From Sandaracinaceae bacterium (GTDB taxonomy: Bacteria > Myxococcota_A > Polyangia > Polyangiales > Sandaracinaceae): DNA of 36,217 nucleotides. Under the pieces are notes generated by a model, which had not been told where the DNA came from, made no database searches, and worked only from the letters and a program-made list of their open reading frames with translations. Shown piece by piece: positions 19,229-28,270 of this stretch. The stretch lies in the NCBI GenBank assembly GCA_044220955.1, contig JBGAQA010000023.1, positions 1 to 36,217 of the forward strand, written 5' to 3'. The stretch's first letter is position 1. Every line of letters begins with the position of its first letter. The position numbers were made by a program, and so were the translations under genes.

Positions 19229-20691
19229 TCGGACCCCGTGTGCTCGACGCGCGCGCCGATCGTGCCGTGCTCCACGCGCACCTCGATCCGGTCGCCCACC
19301 GAGAGATCGCTCGCGCGCGTGACGGCGTGACCCGACGGGTCGAGCGCGATCGCGTAGCCGCGGGAGAGGACCGCGAGCGGCGAGAGGGAATGGAGACGGC
19401 CCGCCAGGACCGCGAGCGCGTGGCGCTGGCCGGCGATCCGTGCCCGCACGGCGCGCGCGAGGCGCTCGCCCGAGAGGGCGCGGTCCGCGCGCGCGTCCGC
19501 GATCCTGGCCCGCATCGCGGTCGCCGTGCGCGGCGAGAGCCGCCCCAGCTCGCCCCGGGCGCGAGAGAGCGCGCGACGCGGATCGGACGCCGCGAGACGC
19601 TCGGCGACCATCGAGAGCGCACGCCGCGCCGACGAGATGCGCCGCTTCTGCGCGCGCTCCACGATGCGCTCGGTGACGCGAAGCTGATCGCGACGCGCAC
19701 GGAGCGCGCCGCGGCGGCCGGCCAGGCGCGCGCTCACGCGCTCGAGGGCCAGACGCCGGCCCTGGACGTACGAGTCGAAGCGCGCCTGCAGGCGGCGGAG
19801 CAGAAGGCGTAGATCGCCGCGCAGCGCGCGTCGATCGGGGATGACCCGCTCCGCGGCGTTCGACGGAGTGGCAGCGCGCACGTCCGCCACGAGGTCCACG
19901 AGCGTCACGTCCACCTCGTGCCCGACGCCGCTCACGACGGGCACGGGGAAAGCGGCGACCGCGCGCACGACGCGCTCGTCGTCGAAGGCCGACAGATCCT
20001 CGCTCGCCCCGCCTCCGCGCGCGACGATCACCACGTCGAGCCCCGGCACACGCGCGAGCGCCTCGAGCCCGCTCACGATCGAGCGCGGCGCGTCCGGGCC
20101 CTGCACCTTGCAGTGCGCGTACACGATCCGCACGGGGAAGCGCGGGCGCGCGACGCTGACGACGTCGTGGAACGCGGCGCCGTGCTTGCTCGTCACGAGC
20201 CCGACGACGCGAGGCAGACGCGGGAGCTCCCGCTTCCGTGCGACGTCGAAGAGCCCCTCCTTGCGCAGCCGCGCCTTGAGCTTCTCGCGCAGCGCTGCCC
20301 GCTCGCCCTCGCCGGCGGCGACGGCGTGCGTGACGTGGAGCTGCAGGCTGGACTGGGCCGCGTACACGCTGACCTTGCCGCGGACCCGGACGCGCGCACC
20401 GGCGGCCACCTCGGTGGCGAGCCCCTCGCGCTCGGTCGCGAACACCACGCACTTGAGCTGCGCGGGCGGTGGGCGTCCGCGGCGCGCCCCCTCGTCGGGG
20501 CCACCGTCGACGAGGGTGAAATAGAGGTAGCCGGTCGACGCGGTGCGCGCCTCGATCACCTCGCCCTCGACCCACACGTCCGGCAGCTCGTCCTCCAGCC
20601 TCTCGCGCACGGCGAACACGAGCTGCGCCACGCGCAGGACGGGCGGACCCGACGGGGCGGGGCTCGGCTCGCGGCGCGGATCGGACACCAT
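19225..20691 (-). CDS. xseA: Exodeoxyribonuclease VII large subunit
   Basis: VWVEGEV OB-fold, EGLFD, VGLVTSKHGAAFHD, VARGGGASEDL, SGVGHEVD, ATPSNAAE and LSPLAVLSRGY. Confidence 0.95.
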   Translation of the reverse strand: MVSDPRREPSPAPSGPPVLRVAQLVFAVRERLEDELPDVWVEGEVIEARTASTGYLYFTLVDGGPDEGARRGRPPPAQLKCVVFATEREGLATEVAAGARVRVRGKVSVYAAQSSLQLHVTHAVAAGEGERAALREKLKARLRKEGLFDVARKRELPRLPRVVGLVTSKHGAAFHDVVSVARPRFPVRIVYAHCKVQGPDAPRSIVSGLEALARVPGLDVVIVARGGGASEDLSAFDDERVVRAVAAFPVPVVSGVGHEVDVTLVDLVADVRAATPSNAAERVIPDRRALRGDLRLLLRRLQARFDSYVQGRRLALERVSARLAGRRGALRARRDQLRVTERIVERAQKRRISSARRALSMVAERLAASDPRRALSRARGELGRLSPRTATAMRARIADARADRALSGERLARAVRARIAGQRHALAVLAGRLHSLSPLAVLSRGYAIALDPSGHAVTRASDLSVGDRIEVRVEHGTIGARVEHTGSE

Positions 20692-20757
20692 GCTCGGCCG
20701 ACCATAGCGAACTCCGGCACCGCAGGCCCCCGGTCGCGGTGACGTATGCTGCGCGCG

Positions 20758-21270
20758 ATGGACGTGGTGATCGCGCTCGGCGGCAACCTCGGAGACCGCG
20801 AGGGCTTCCTCGTCGCGGCGCGACGCGCGCTGGAAGGGACGCGCGGCGTCGCGCTCCTCGACGCCTCCGAGGTCTACGAGACGGCGCCCCTCGGGCCGCC
20901 ACAGCCCCACTACCTGAACGCCGCGCTCCTGGTACGGACCGACCTCGGCGCCGAGGCGCTGCTCGACCGCTGCCTGGCGATCGAGCGAGACCTCGGCCGG
21001 CTGCGCGCGGAGCGCTGGGGCGCCCGGACGATCGACCTCGACCTGCTGTGGGCCGACCAGGGCGAAGGTGCGCGCGACCCCGTCCGCGTCTCGAGCGCGA
21101 GCCTCACCCTGCCCCATCCCCACCTCGGCGAGCGCGCGTTCGCTCTCGCCCCGCTGCTCGACGTGCGCCCGGACCTGCTCCCACGCTTCGGAGCGACGCT
21201 CGAGCACCTGGGCGGCCGCCCGGCCCTCGTGACGGTCAAAGGATGGACTTCTCTGCTCCGTCGGAAGTAG
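20758..21270 (+). CDS. folK: 2-amino-4-hydroxy-6-hydroxymethyldihydropteridine diphosphokinase
   Basis: IALGGNLGDR, YETAP, YLNAA, RWGARTIDLDLL, LPHP and RAF. Start at ATG 20758 (alternative 20746). Confidence 0.95.
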   Translation: MDVVIALGGNLGDREGFLVAARRALEGTRGVALLDASEVYETAPLGPPQPHYLNAALLVRTDLGAEALLDRCLAIERDLGRLRAERWGARTIDLDLLWADQGEGARDPVRVSSASLTLPHPHLGERAFALAPLLDVRPDLLPRFGATLEHLGGRPALVTVKGWTSLLRRK

Positions 21271-21353
21271 CATTCCCCTTCCGCGACGCGGGTTTCGCGC
21301 GCGCGGGCTTCCCGTTTCCGAGGGCACCCCTCTCTTTCGAAGGCAAGGCGACG

Positions 21354-23351
21354 ATGACCGACACGCGCAAAGACAAGCGCGCCCCCATCTCTCTCAAGGT
21401 CCGCTTCAAGAGCGCGACCGTCGACGAGTTCATCGAGCAGTACTCGAAGGACATCAGCAAGGGCGGCATCTTCATCAAGTCGAACAAGAACAGCCCGCCG
21501 ATGCCCATCGGCACGCTGCTCAAGTTCGAGTTCCAGCTGAAGGACGAGTCGAAGCTCATCCAGGGCGTCGGACGCGTGGTGTGGAAGCGCGAGCTCGAGG
21601 GCTCGAGCGACGACGACCCGGCCGGGATGGGCATCAAGTTCATCAAGATGGACGGCGACTCGAAGGGCCTGGTCGACCAGATCGTCGCGGGCCGCGGCGA
21701 GGCGCCCGGGCAGTTCGAGGCCGGCGGCGGGGCCGCCCTCAAGGACGAGGGGGAGCCCGCCGCCGCTCCTGCGGCAGCGCCCTCCACGACCAGCTCGTCC
21801 GAGGGCAAGCGCCCGGTGCGCTCGGCCAAGGCGACGATGCAGTTCTTCCCGTCGACCACGCCGCAGAACGAGCTGCCGAAGCCGGAGGACCGCACCCAGG
21901 TGCGCCATGCCAGCGAGTTCCTCGCCTCGGCGCTCAGCTCGGCAGGCGTCGACGAGGCGACGACCGGCGAGGCCGACAAGAAGGCCGAGGAGGCCCGCGC
22001 GCGATCCGAGGAGATCGAGCGCGAGCGCGAGGAGCAGGCCAGGAAGGTCCGCGAGGAAGAGGACAAGAAGGCGCGGGCCGAGAAGGAGCGCCAGGAGCGC
22101 GAGAAGGCCGAGGCCGAGGAGAAGGCGGCCGCCGCCGCGAAGGAAGCGGAGAAGGAAGCCGAACGGAAAAAGGAGCAGGAGAAGAAGGACAAGGAGAAGG
22201 CGGCCGCCGCCGCAGCGCCGGCCTCCGAGGGAGCCGCGAAGAAGAAGACGAGCGATCGCCCGCCGGCCAAGGACGACAAGAAGGCCGCCGCGCCCGCTGC
22301 GGCCGCGAAGAAGGCGGAGCCGAAGGCCGCCGTCGCCGTCGCGCCGCCGCCGGCCCCGGAGACCGGCTCCAACATGATGCCGATCTTCGCCGGGGTGCTC
22401 GTCGTCGCCGCGCTCGGCGCCTGGTACATGTTCGGGCGCGGTGGCGAGGCGACCGACGACAGCCAGCTGCCGCCGCCGCCACCGTCCACGGCCGCCGAGC
22501 CGCCGCCACCGCCGCCGCCGCCGACGACCGACACGGTCGCCGACGTCGTCGATGATGGAACGGTCGACGTGGTCGACGACGGAACGGTCGCGGTCGACGA
22601 CGGAACGGTCGCGGTCGACGACGGCACCGAGCCGCCCACCAGCACCGTGGAGCCGCCGCCGCCCGCGGTCACCCACGACATCCGCGTCGACACGACGCCC
22701 GCCGCGGCCACGATCGTCGTGGACGGTGAGGAGCGCGGCGCCGCGCCGCAGACGCTCACGCTCGCCGAGGGCGATCACACGGTCGAGGCGCGCCTGGCTG
22801 GCTACCGGACCGCGACGCAGACCGTGCACTCGGCCGACGGCGCCCGCCCGGTCCGCATGGCGCTCACCGCGCTACCCTACGTGGTGCACGTCACGACGAC
22901 GCCGCCCGGAGCGCGCGTCCGCATCGGCGGTCGCACCGTGACCTCGCCGGGCGACGCGACGATCCCGCGTCCGACCGCCCCGCTGACCGCGACCGCGACG
23001 CTCGCGGGCTACCTCGATGGAACGCAGCGCCTCGAGGTGTCGGCCTTCACGCAGGGCGACGACGCGATGAGCGCCGATCTCGCGATCACCCTCGCGCCGC
23101 GCCCGGCCGCCCCGCCGCCGACCACGGGCGTGCGACGTCCGCCGCCGACCACGACGGCGACGCGCCCGCCGCCCACGACCACCGAGACGACGCCGCCGCC
23201 CGAGACGACCGCCGAGGAGCACCACAGCGCGCCGCCGCCGACGACGACCGCCGAGGAGCACCACAGCGCGCCGCCGCCGACGACGACCGCCGAGGAGCAC
23301 CACACCGCGCCGCCGCCGGCCTCCGAGGCGCCGCCCGACAACCCGTTCTGA
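21354..23351 (+). CDS. TIGR02266/PilZ-domain single-pass membrane protein with PEGA domains
   Basis: N-terminal RKDKR (RxxxR) and DISKGG (DxSxxG), a charged coiled coil, TM MMPIFAGVLVVAALGAWYMFG, a Pro/Thr linker, PEGA-like VDTTPAAATIVVDG...GDHTVEARLAGY, and C-terminal DNPF. Confidence 0.85.
   Translation: MTDTRKDKRAPISLKVRFKSATVDEFIEQYSKDISKGGIFIKSNKNSPPMPIGTLLKFEFQLKDESKLIQGVGRVVWKRELEGSSDDDPAGMGIKFIKMDGDSKGLVDQIVAGRGEAPGQFEAGGGAALKDEGEPAAAPAAAPSTTSSSEGKRPVRSAKATMQFFPSTTPQNELPKPEDRTQVRHASEFLASALSSAGVDEATTGEADKKAEEARARSEEIEREREEQARKVREEEDKKARAEKERQEREKAEAEEKAAAAAKEAEKEAERKKEQEKKDKEKAAAAAAPASEGAAKKKTSDRPPAKDDKKAAAPAAAAKKAEPKAAVAVAPPPAPETGSNMMPIFAGVLVVAALGAWYMFGRGGEATDDSQLPPPPPSTAAEPPPPPPPPTTDTVADVVDDGTVDVVDDGTVAVDDGTVAVDDGTEPPTSTVEPPPPAVTHDIRVDTTPAAATIVVDGEERGAAPQTLTLAEGDHTVEARLAGYRTATQTVHSADGARPVRMALTALPYVVHVTTTPPGARVRIGGRTVTSPGDATIPRPTAPLTATATLAGYLDGTQRLEVSAFTQGDDAMSADLAITLAPRPAAPPPTTGVRRPPPTTTATRPPPTTTETTPPPETTAEEHHSAPPPTTTAEEHHSAPPPTTTAEEHHTAPPPASEAPPDNPF
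23205..23320 (+). repeat. Three in-frame 39-bp tandem repeats (TTAEEHHSAPPPT)
   Basis: gccgaggagcaccac recurs at 23211, 23250 and 23289 (period 39). Confidence 0.9.
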
Positions 23352-23419
23352 GCCGGAGCAGTGTGTTAACGTCGCCCGTCGCGCGGCCTCCGTACCCCGG
23401 CCGTGGCGACGGAGGCGTC

Positions 23420-24964
23420 ATGCGCGCGTGGGCCGTTCCTCTCGCGATCGCGGTCCTGTCGAGCCTCGACGCCGGCTGCTCCTGCTCGTCCGGTCCACGC
23501 GGCGTCCCCGTCCGCGACACGGGCGCGATCCAGGAAGACGCGTTCGTTTCGACTCTCGACGCTTGGGTCGATCCGAGCGGGGGCGACGACACGGGCGTCC
23601 CGCCCGGCACCGACGGCGGTCCGCCGCCGCTCGCCGACGGGAGCATCTACGACTTCGACGCGGGCGAGGGCGGGATCCTCACCGACATCTGCCCCGCCTC
23701 CGCGATGGTACCGACGGGCTGCCTGGTGGCCGTCGCCGAGGGCGCGCACGGCCTGTGCAACCAGCTCGACGACGACTGCGACGGCGCCGTCGACGAGGGC
23801 TGCTCGTGCACCTCGGGGGACGTGCAGCCCTGCTTCCGCGGCCCGCCGGGCCGTCGCGCGATCGGCGCCTGCGCCGATGGAATGCAGCAGTGCATGGGCG
23901 GCGAGCTCGGCGTCTGGGGCGCCTGCACGGGCGGCATCGCGCCCACGCCCGAGGCGTGCGACGGCCTCGACAACGACTGCAACGGCTGCACGGACGAGAT
24001 CGCCGGCTGCATCCCCAGCGGGATGTGCCCCGGCCCGACCGACCCGCGCGTCCCCGAGGGACAGCCCTTCGTCGCGTACCCGCTGCACGGCTCGCAGTTC
24101 TTCGACGGGACGGCGACGGCCTGGCAGTGGACGATCGTGGGCGGCCCCTGCGACACGATCCTGCCGCACCCGAGCTACACGCTCACGACGCCGCGGATGG
24201 AGACCGCGACGTTCCACCCGACCTTGAGCGGCGACTACACCGTCACGATGGACGCGACGCTCCCGGACGGCTCGCACTTCGTGTGCACGTGGATCATCCA
24301 CGTGGCCGGGCCCGGGCTACGCATCGAGATGTGCTACCCGGAGAGCGAGACCCAGGACCTCGATCTCTTCCTCTCGCGGCCCGGCTACTCGGGCAACTGG
24401 TACGTCGACGGGGTCGACGCGTTCGGCCCGACGACCGAGAGCTGCGGCTGGCACGACTGCGAGGCGTCGCTCCGCGGCACGCTCCGCAGCGGCGGCACCT
24501 ACCCGCGCGCGAGCTGGGGCTACGCGAACAGCCCCATCGCCGCGTGCAGCGGCTCGCCGCAGGGCGCGCAGTGGCGGCTGATCGGGCACTGCGCCAACCC
24601 GCGCCTCGACATCGACAACAACCTCTCCGAGGGCACGGGCGTCCCGGAGAACATCAACGTGGACGCACCGAACGAGGGCGACCGCTTCCGCGTGATGGTC
24701 CAGAACTTCACCGGCACGATCGCGCGGCCCGTGGTGAACGTGTACTGCGGCGGCCGCCGCGTCGCGAGCTACGGCGTGGCGCCGGACACCGTCGCGTCGT
24801 TCGCGGGCACGAGCGGATACGGCGGCATCGGCGCCATGTGGCGCGTGGCGGACGTGACGACGCACGTGGACGCGAGCGGCCTCACCACCTGCGACGTCGA
24901 TCCCGTGCACCCGCCCGCCGCGACGAGCGGCTACGACGTGACCTACGACATGGCGCGCTTCTGA
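23420..24964 (+). CDS. Cys-rich surface lipoprotein with MopE-like (CDGxDNDC) repeats and YfaP/DUF2135-like C-terminal domain
   Basis: GGAGG SD. Signal ending DAGCSC. LCNQLDDDCDGAVDE and EACDGLDNDCNG; PKD-like WQWTIV...GDYTVTM; DLDLFL...LDIDNN...PENINV. Confidence 0.8.
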   Translation: MRAWAVPLAIAVLSSLDAGCSCSSGPRGVPVRDTGAIQEDAFVSTLDAWVDPSGGDDTGVPPGTDGGPPPLADGSIYDFDAGEGGILTDICPASAMVPTGCLVAVAEGAHGLCNQLDDDCDGAVDEGCSCTSGDVQPCFRGPPGRRAIGACADGMQQCMGGELGVWGACTGGIAPTPEACDGLDNDCNGCTDEIAGCIPSGMCPGPTDPRVPEGQPFVAYPLHGSQFFDGTATAWQWTIVGGPCDTILPHPSYTLTTPRMETATFHPTLSGDYTVTMDATLPDGSHFVCTWIIHVAGPGLRIEMCYPESETQDLDLFLSRPGYSGNWYVDGVDAFGPTTESCGWHDCEASLRGTLRSGGTYPRASWGYANSPIAACSGSPQGAQWRLIGHCANPRLDIDNNLSEGTGVPENINVDAPNEGDRFRVMVQNFTGTIARPVVNVYCGGRRVASYGVAPDTVASFAGTSGYGGIGAMWRVADVTTHVDASGLTTCDVDPVHPPAATSGYDVTYDMARF

Positions 24965-25710
24965 ATCCGGACCAGCTCGGGCACCTCGATCCCGAGCTGC
25001 TCGGCGCGGGCGAGCGTGCGGTGCAGGCGCGCGGGCGCGCTGCGTCCGGCCGCGACGTGATCGGGGTCGGCGGCGAACGCACGCATCATCTGGGCGGACG
25101 CCGTGTCCTCGTCGAGCGGCAGGCCGAGGCGCGCGCTCTCCACGCGGAGCACGTCGGCGAAGACACGCGAGGTCATCTCGAGCAGGGGTAGCTCGAGGAG
25201 CTGGCCGGTCGTCGTTCCCGCGGGCGCCACGAGGCCGGCGAGGTTCGAGACGAGAATGTAGACGTTCTTGTCGAGCAAGGAAGGACGCAGCAGCGCGCCG
25301 TCGATCGCCGTGGCGGGCAGCCCCGCGGCGCTCAGGAGCCCGGCGAGCTCGCCGGACCAGGGCCCGGCGACCGGCGTCGGGAGCACGACGCGCGCGGCGC
25401 GATCGCGCTTCTTCTCGAACCACACGATGGCCACCGTCGGATCCACGACCCCGTGGGCGAGCCACTGATCGGGGACGAGCTCGTTCTGCACGAGGACGAC
25501 GCGGTCCTTCCACGCAGCAGGAAGCGAGCAGAGCGCGGGAGCGAGGTCGTCCTCGCCCACGGCGACGATCACGCGGTCGGGAAGGGAGGAGGCGTCGATG
25601 CGGTCGCTGCGGCGGATCGGGACGACGGTCGCGCCCGCGGCGGAGAGTAGGTCGGCGAGGAGGGAGCCGAGCTGACCCACACCCAGGACTGCGATCGTTC
25701 GATCACGCAT
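24943..25710 (-). CDS. Rossmann-fold protein, ketopantoate reductase (PanE/ApbA)-like
   Basis: MRDRTIAVLGVGQLG (GxGxxG), VLVQNE and DKNVYILVSN. 3' end overlaps the convergent lipoprotein gene by 22 bp. Confidence 0.7.
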   Translation of the reverse strand: MRDRTIAVLGVGQLGSLLADLLSAAGATVVPIRRSDRIDASSLPDRVIVAVGEDDLAPALCSLPAAWKDRVVLVQNELVPDQWLAHGVVDPTVAIVWFEKKRDRAARVVLPTPVAGPWSGELAGLLSAAGLPATAIDGALLRPSLLDKNVYILVSNLAGLVAPAGTTTGQLLELPLLEMTSRVFADVLRVESARLGLPLDEDTASAQMMRAFAADPDHVAAGRSAPARLHRTLARAEQLGIEVPELVRIQKRAMS

Positions 25711-25730
25711 CTCGCGCGCTGGTTTCGCTA

Positions 25731-25780
25731 AGGAACGCAGGAATGCACGAAGGGGCGCGTTCCTGCATTCCTGCATTCCT
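25731..25780. repeat. 21-bp inverted repeat built from 8-bp tandem units (hairpin, possible terminator/REP/operator)
   Basis: aggaacgcaggaatgcacgaa (25731-25751) pairs with ttcctgcattcctgcattcct (25760-25780) at 19 of 21 positions, with an 8-nt loop. Confidence 0.7.
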
Positions 25781-25818
25781 CAGCGGACCTTGCTCCTGAG
25801 CTCCTCATCGCGGCGTCT

Positions 25819-26844
25819 TCAGACCAGGGCGCCGCGCATCGTGATCGTGTAGGTCTTCTCGTCGGCCGTGTCGACCTCGACCTCGCCGCCGAGGAAGAGC
25901 TTGAGCGTGTCGATCTGCGTCGTGAGGTGCGCGCTCGGCTCCGTCGTCGCGAGGATGCCGCCGCGGCCCATCGCCATCGGCAGCAGAAGCTGATCGGCGA
26001 GGTGCTCGCACACGGCCGCCTTCGTCTCGAGGAAGCGCAGCGCCGGCCCGATCGCCTGCTCGGCGACTTCCTCGGCGCGGACCCCGCGCTCGCCGAAGCC
26101 GCTCGTCACGATCGTCACGTTCTGGAACTCGTGAACGACGAGGAACACGTTGCCGGGCCCGCGATCCTCGGCGACCTCCTGCTTCTCGACCTCGTCGCGC
26201 GCGAGGCCCAGGCGGTCGCGCGCGACGCGTAGCTCGCGCTCGGCCACCGCCGGCGGCAAGCCCGCCACGATCGCGATCGCGCGGCGCCTGACGAGCGGTC
26301 CGCGATCCTCGAGCTCGAGCACGTCGAGCGGCGAGGGCTCGACGTGGCAGCGCAGGACGCCGCCACCCGCGGGGAAGAACCCGACGCGATCCATCGCGAG
26401 CTCGACCTTGCCGCCCATGCGCGCGATCAGCGGGAGGTAGCTGCGCGCCAGGAAGTCGAAGGGTGGCGCCGCCGGGTTGTGCGTGCCGCCCTCGATCGTC
26501 AGCGTGCTCGGCGTCGTCGCGCGCATCAGCGCCGGCAGGACCGCCTGCAGGACGAGCGTGGTCGAGCCCGCCGACCCGATGTCGAAGCGCGCTTCCTTGC
26601 CCTGCACGGTGCGGGGCTTGAACGTCAGCTCTCGGCTGCCGAGCTCGGCGCCCGTGACGTCGGCGCTCGAGACCTCCTGCGCGGCGCGTACGGCCGTCAG
26701 GTGCTGCCGCAGCAGGCCGGGCTTCTCGCGCCCGGCGCGGATGCGCTCCATGCGGAACGCCGTGCGCGTCAGGATCGAGAGCGCCAGCGCGCTCCGGAGG
26801 ATCTGTCCGCCGCCCTCCCCCGTGCTTCCGTCGATGACGATCAT
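25819..26844 (-). CDS. rtcA: RNA 3'-terminal phosphate cyclase
   Basis: MIVIDGSTGEGGGQILRSALALS, REKPGLLRQH, SAGSTTLVLQ, GGTHNPAAP, GFFPAGGG and catalytic EHLADQLL. Confidence 0.95.
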   Translation of the reverse strand: MIVIDGSTGEGGGQILRSALALSILTRTAFRMERIRAGREKPGLLRQHLTAVRAAQEVSSADVTGAELGSRELTFKPRTVQGKEARFDIGSAGSTTLVLQAVLPALMRATTPSTLTIEGGTHNPAAPPFDFLARSYLPLIARMGGKVELAMDRVGFFPAGGGVLRCHVEPSPLDVLELEDRGPLVRRRAIAIVAGLPPAVAERELRVARDRLGLARDEVEKQEVAEDRGPGNVFLVVHEFQNVTIVTSGFGERGVRAEEVAEQAIGPALRFLETKAAVCEHLADQLLLPMAMGRGGILATTEPSAHLTTQIDTLKLFLGGEVEVDTADEKTYTITMRGALV

Positions 26845-26960
26845 GCCCGTCCTGTCGTGATCGCTCGCCCGCGACCGCATGAGACGATAACGCCGCCCGA
26901 TCTCCGTGAACAGGCACGTTGCGCCGCGAGCGCTTTCGCGGCACCCCTCGGCCTCGCCGC

Positions 26961-28268
26961 ATGCGCAAGCAGCACCTCGCGTTCGCCGGAATGTGGATCG
27001 TCGCGATCGCGGCGATGCTGTTTCTCTACTTCCGCGAGCAGACCGGTCGCGGGCCGCGGCGGACCCGCTCGACGGACGACGCGCTGGTCATCGACGTCGA
27101 GGCCGAGCACCCCGCCGAGCCCGCCTTCGAGCCGACCGCCACGCAGGCGCCGATTCCCGAGGCGCCGCCGTTCGCCTATCGCGGGGACCGCCGCCACACC
27201 GGCCAGAGCCCCTACGCGGGACCCGCGCGCCCGGGCGTGTTCTGGCAGCTCGACACCGAGCGTCCGGTGGTCAGCCAGCCGGCCGTCGACCGGGAGGGCA
27301 ACGTCTACGTCGGCTCGCGTGATCACGTCTTCTATTCGATCTCGCGCACCGGCGGCGTGCGCTGGCGCCGGGACCTCGGGAGCGACATCTACGCGTCGGC
27401 GGCGCTCGACGACCACGGGCACGTCTTCGCCGGCTCGGACGCCGACTTCTTCTTCTGCCTCGACGCCGCGACGGGCGCGGTGCTCTGGGACATCCACACC
27501 GACTTCGACGTGGACACCGGGATCACGCTCGGGCCGGACGGCACGATCTACTTCGGGTCGGGCGAGGAGCTCTGGGCCGTGGACGCCGACGGAAGCCCGC
27601 GCTGGCGGTTCCGGGCTCGGGTGAAGATCTTCAGCGCGCCCGCGGTCGCCGACGACGGCACGATCTACTTCGGCGCGCAGGACGACTGGTTCTACGCGCT
27701 CGCGCCCGACGGGCACCTGCTCTGGCGGATCCGCTCGGACCGGCCCGACGACAACGACAGCTCCGCGATCGTCGCCGACGACGGGACGATCTTCTTCGGG
27801 AGCGACGACCGGCGCGTGTACCACGTCGACCGGAACGGCCACGTCCTGTGGCGCGCGGAGGTCGGAGGCTACGTGCGCGCGCCGATGGCGCTCGGCCGGC
27901 GCAGCGACGTCATCGTGCCGATCTTCGGACCCCACGCGCGCGTGGCCGCCCTCGATCGTGCGACGGGCGAGGAGCGCTGGAGCTTCTCGGCCGCGCCCTC
28001 GCAGGCGACGGACGCCGGGGTCGGCTCGGGCCCGGTCGTGGACCGCGACGGCAACGTGTACTTCGGCGCCGACGACGACTTCGTGTACGCGGTCGACCCG
28101 GACGGTGGACTGCGCTGGGTGTTCCAGACCGAGGCCAACGTGGACGGCGACCCGGCGATCACGCCGGACGGGACGCTGCTCATCGGCGGCGACGACGGGC
28201 ACCTCTACGCGCTGCGGGCGGACGCGATCGCGGCGCATCCGCGGGGCGCGGACGCCGGGACACCCTGA
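26961..28268 (+). CDS. Membrane-anchored PQQ-like (BamB/YxaL-type) beta-propeller repeat protein
   Basis: N-terminal TM. About 8 repeats of the form S.PAV..DG.IYFG..D..YAL...G...W. Confidence 0.85.
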   Translation: MRKQHLAFAGMWIVAIAAMLFLYFREQTGRGPRRTRSTDDALVIDVEAEHPAEPAFEPTATQAPIPEAPPFAYRGDRRHTGQSPYAGPARPGVFWQLDTERPVVSQPAVDREGNVYVGSRDHVFYSISRTGGVRWRRDLGSDIYASAALDDHGHVFAGSDADFFFCLDAATGAVLWDIHTDFDVDTGITLGPDGTIYFGSGEELWAVDADGSPRWRFRARVKIFSAPAVADDGTIYFGAQDDWFYALAPDGHLLWRIRSDRPDDNDSSAIVADDGTIFFGSDDRRVYHVDRNGHVLWRAEVGGYVRAPMALGRRSDVIVPIFGPHARVAALDRATGEERWSFSAAPSQATDAGVGSGPVVDRDGNVYFGADDDFVYAVDPDGGLRWVFQTEANVDGDPAITPDGTLLIGGDDGHLYALRADAIAAHPRGADAGTP

Positions 28269-28270
28269 GG

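Noticed and set aside
16677..19700. 1007-aa minus-strand ORF and similar long ORFs (4647..6785, 6852..8843, 32469..34874, 32777..34876, 20910..22829)
   Set aside because: Shadow frames of high-GC genes. They have low-complexity Arg-rich translations with no motifs and overlap well-supported CDSs.
23205..23320. 39-bp repeats as a CRISPR array
   Set aside because: Contiguous in-frame coding repeats without unique spacers.
24943..24964. 22-bp convergent overlap of two CDS 3' ends as a special regulatory feature
   Set aside because: Short convergent overlaps are common in high-GC genomes.
26961..28268. bamB or a PQQ dehydrogenase
   Set aside because: No lipobox Cys, no der/hisS/yfgM context and no catalytic dehydrogenase features. 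Only generic propeller repeats.
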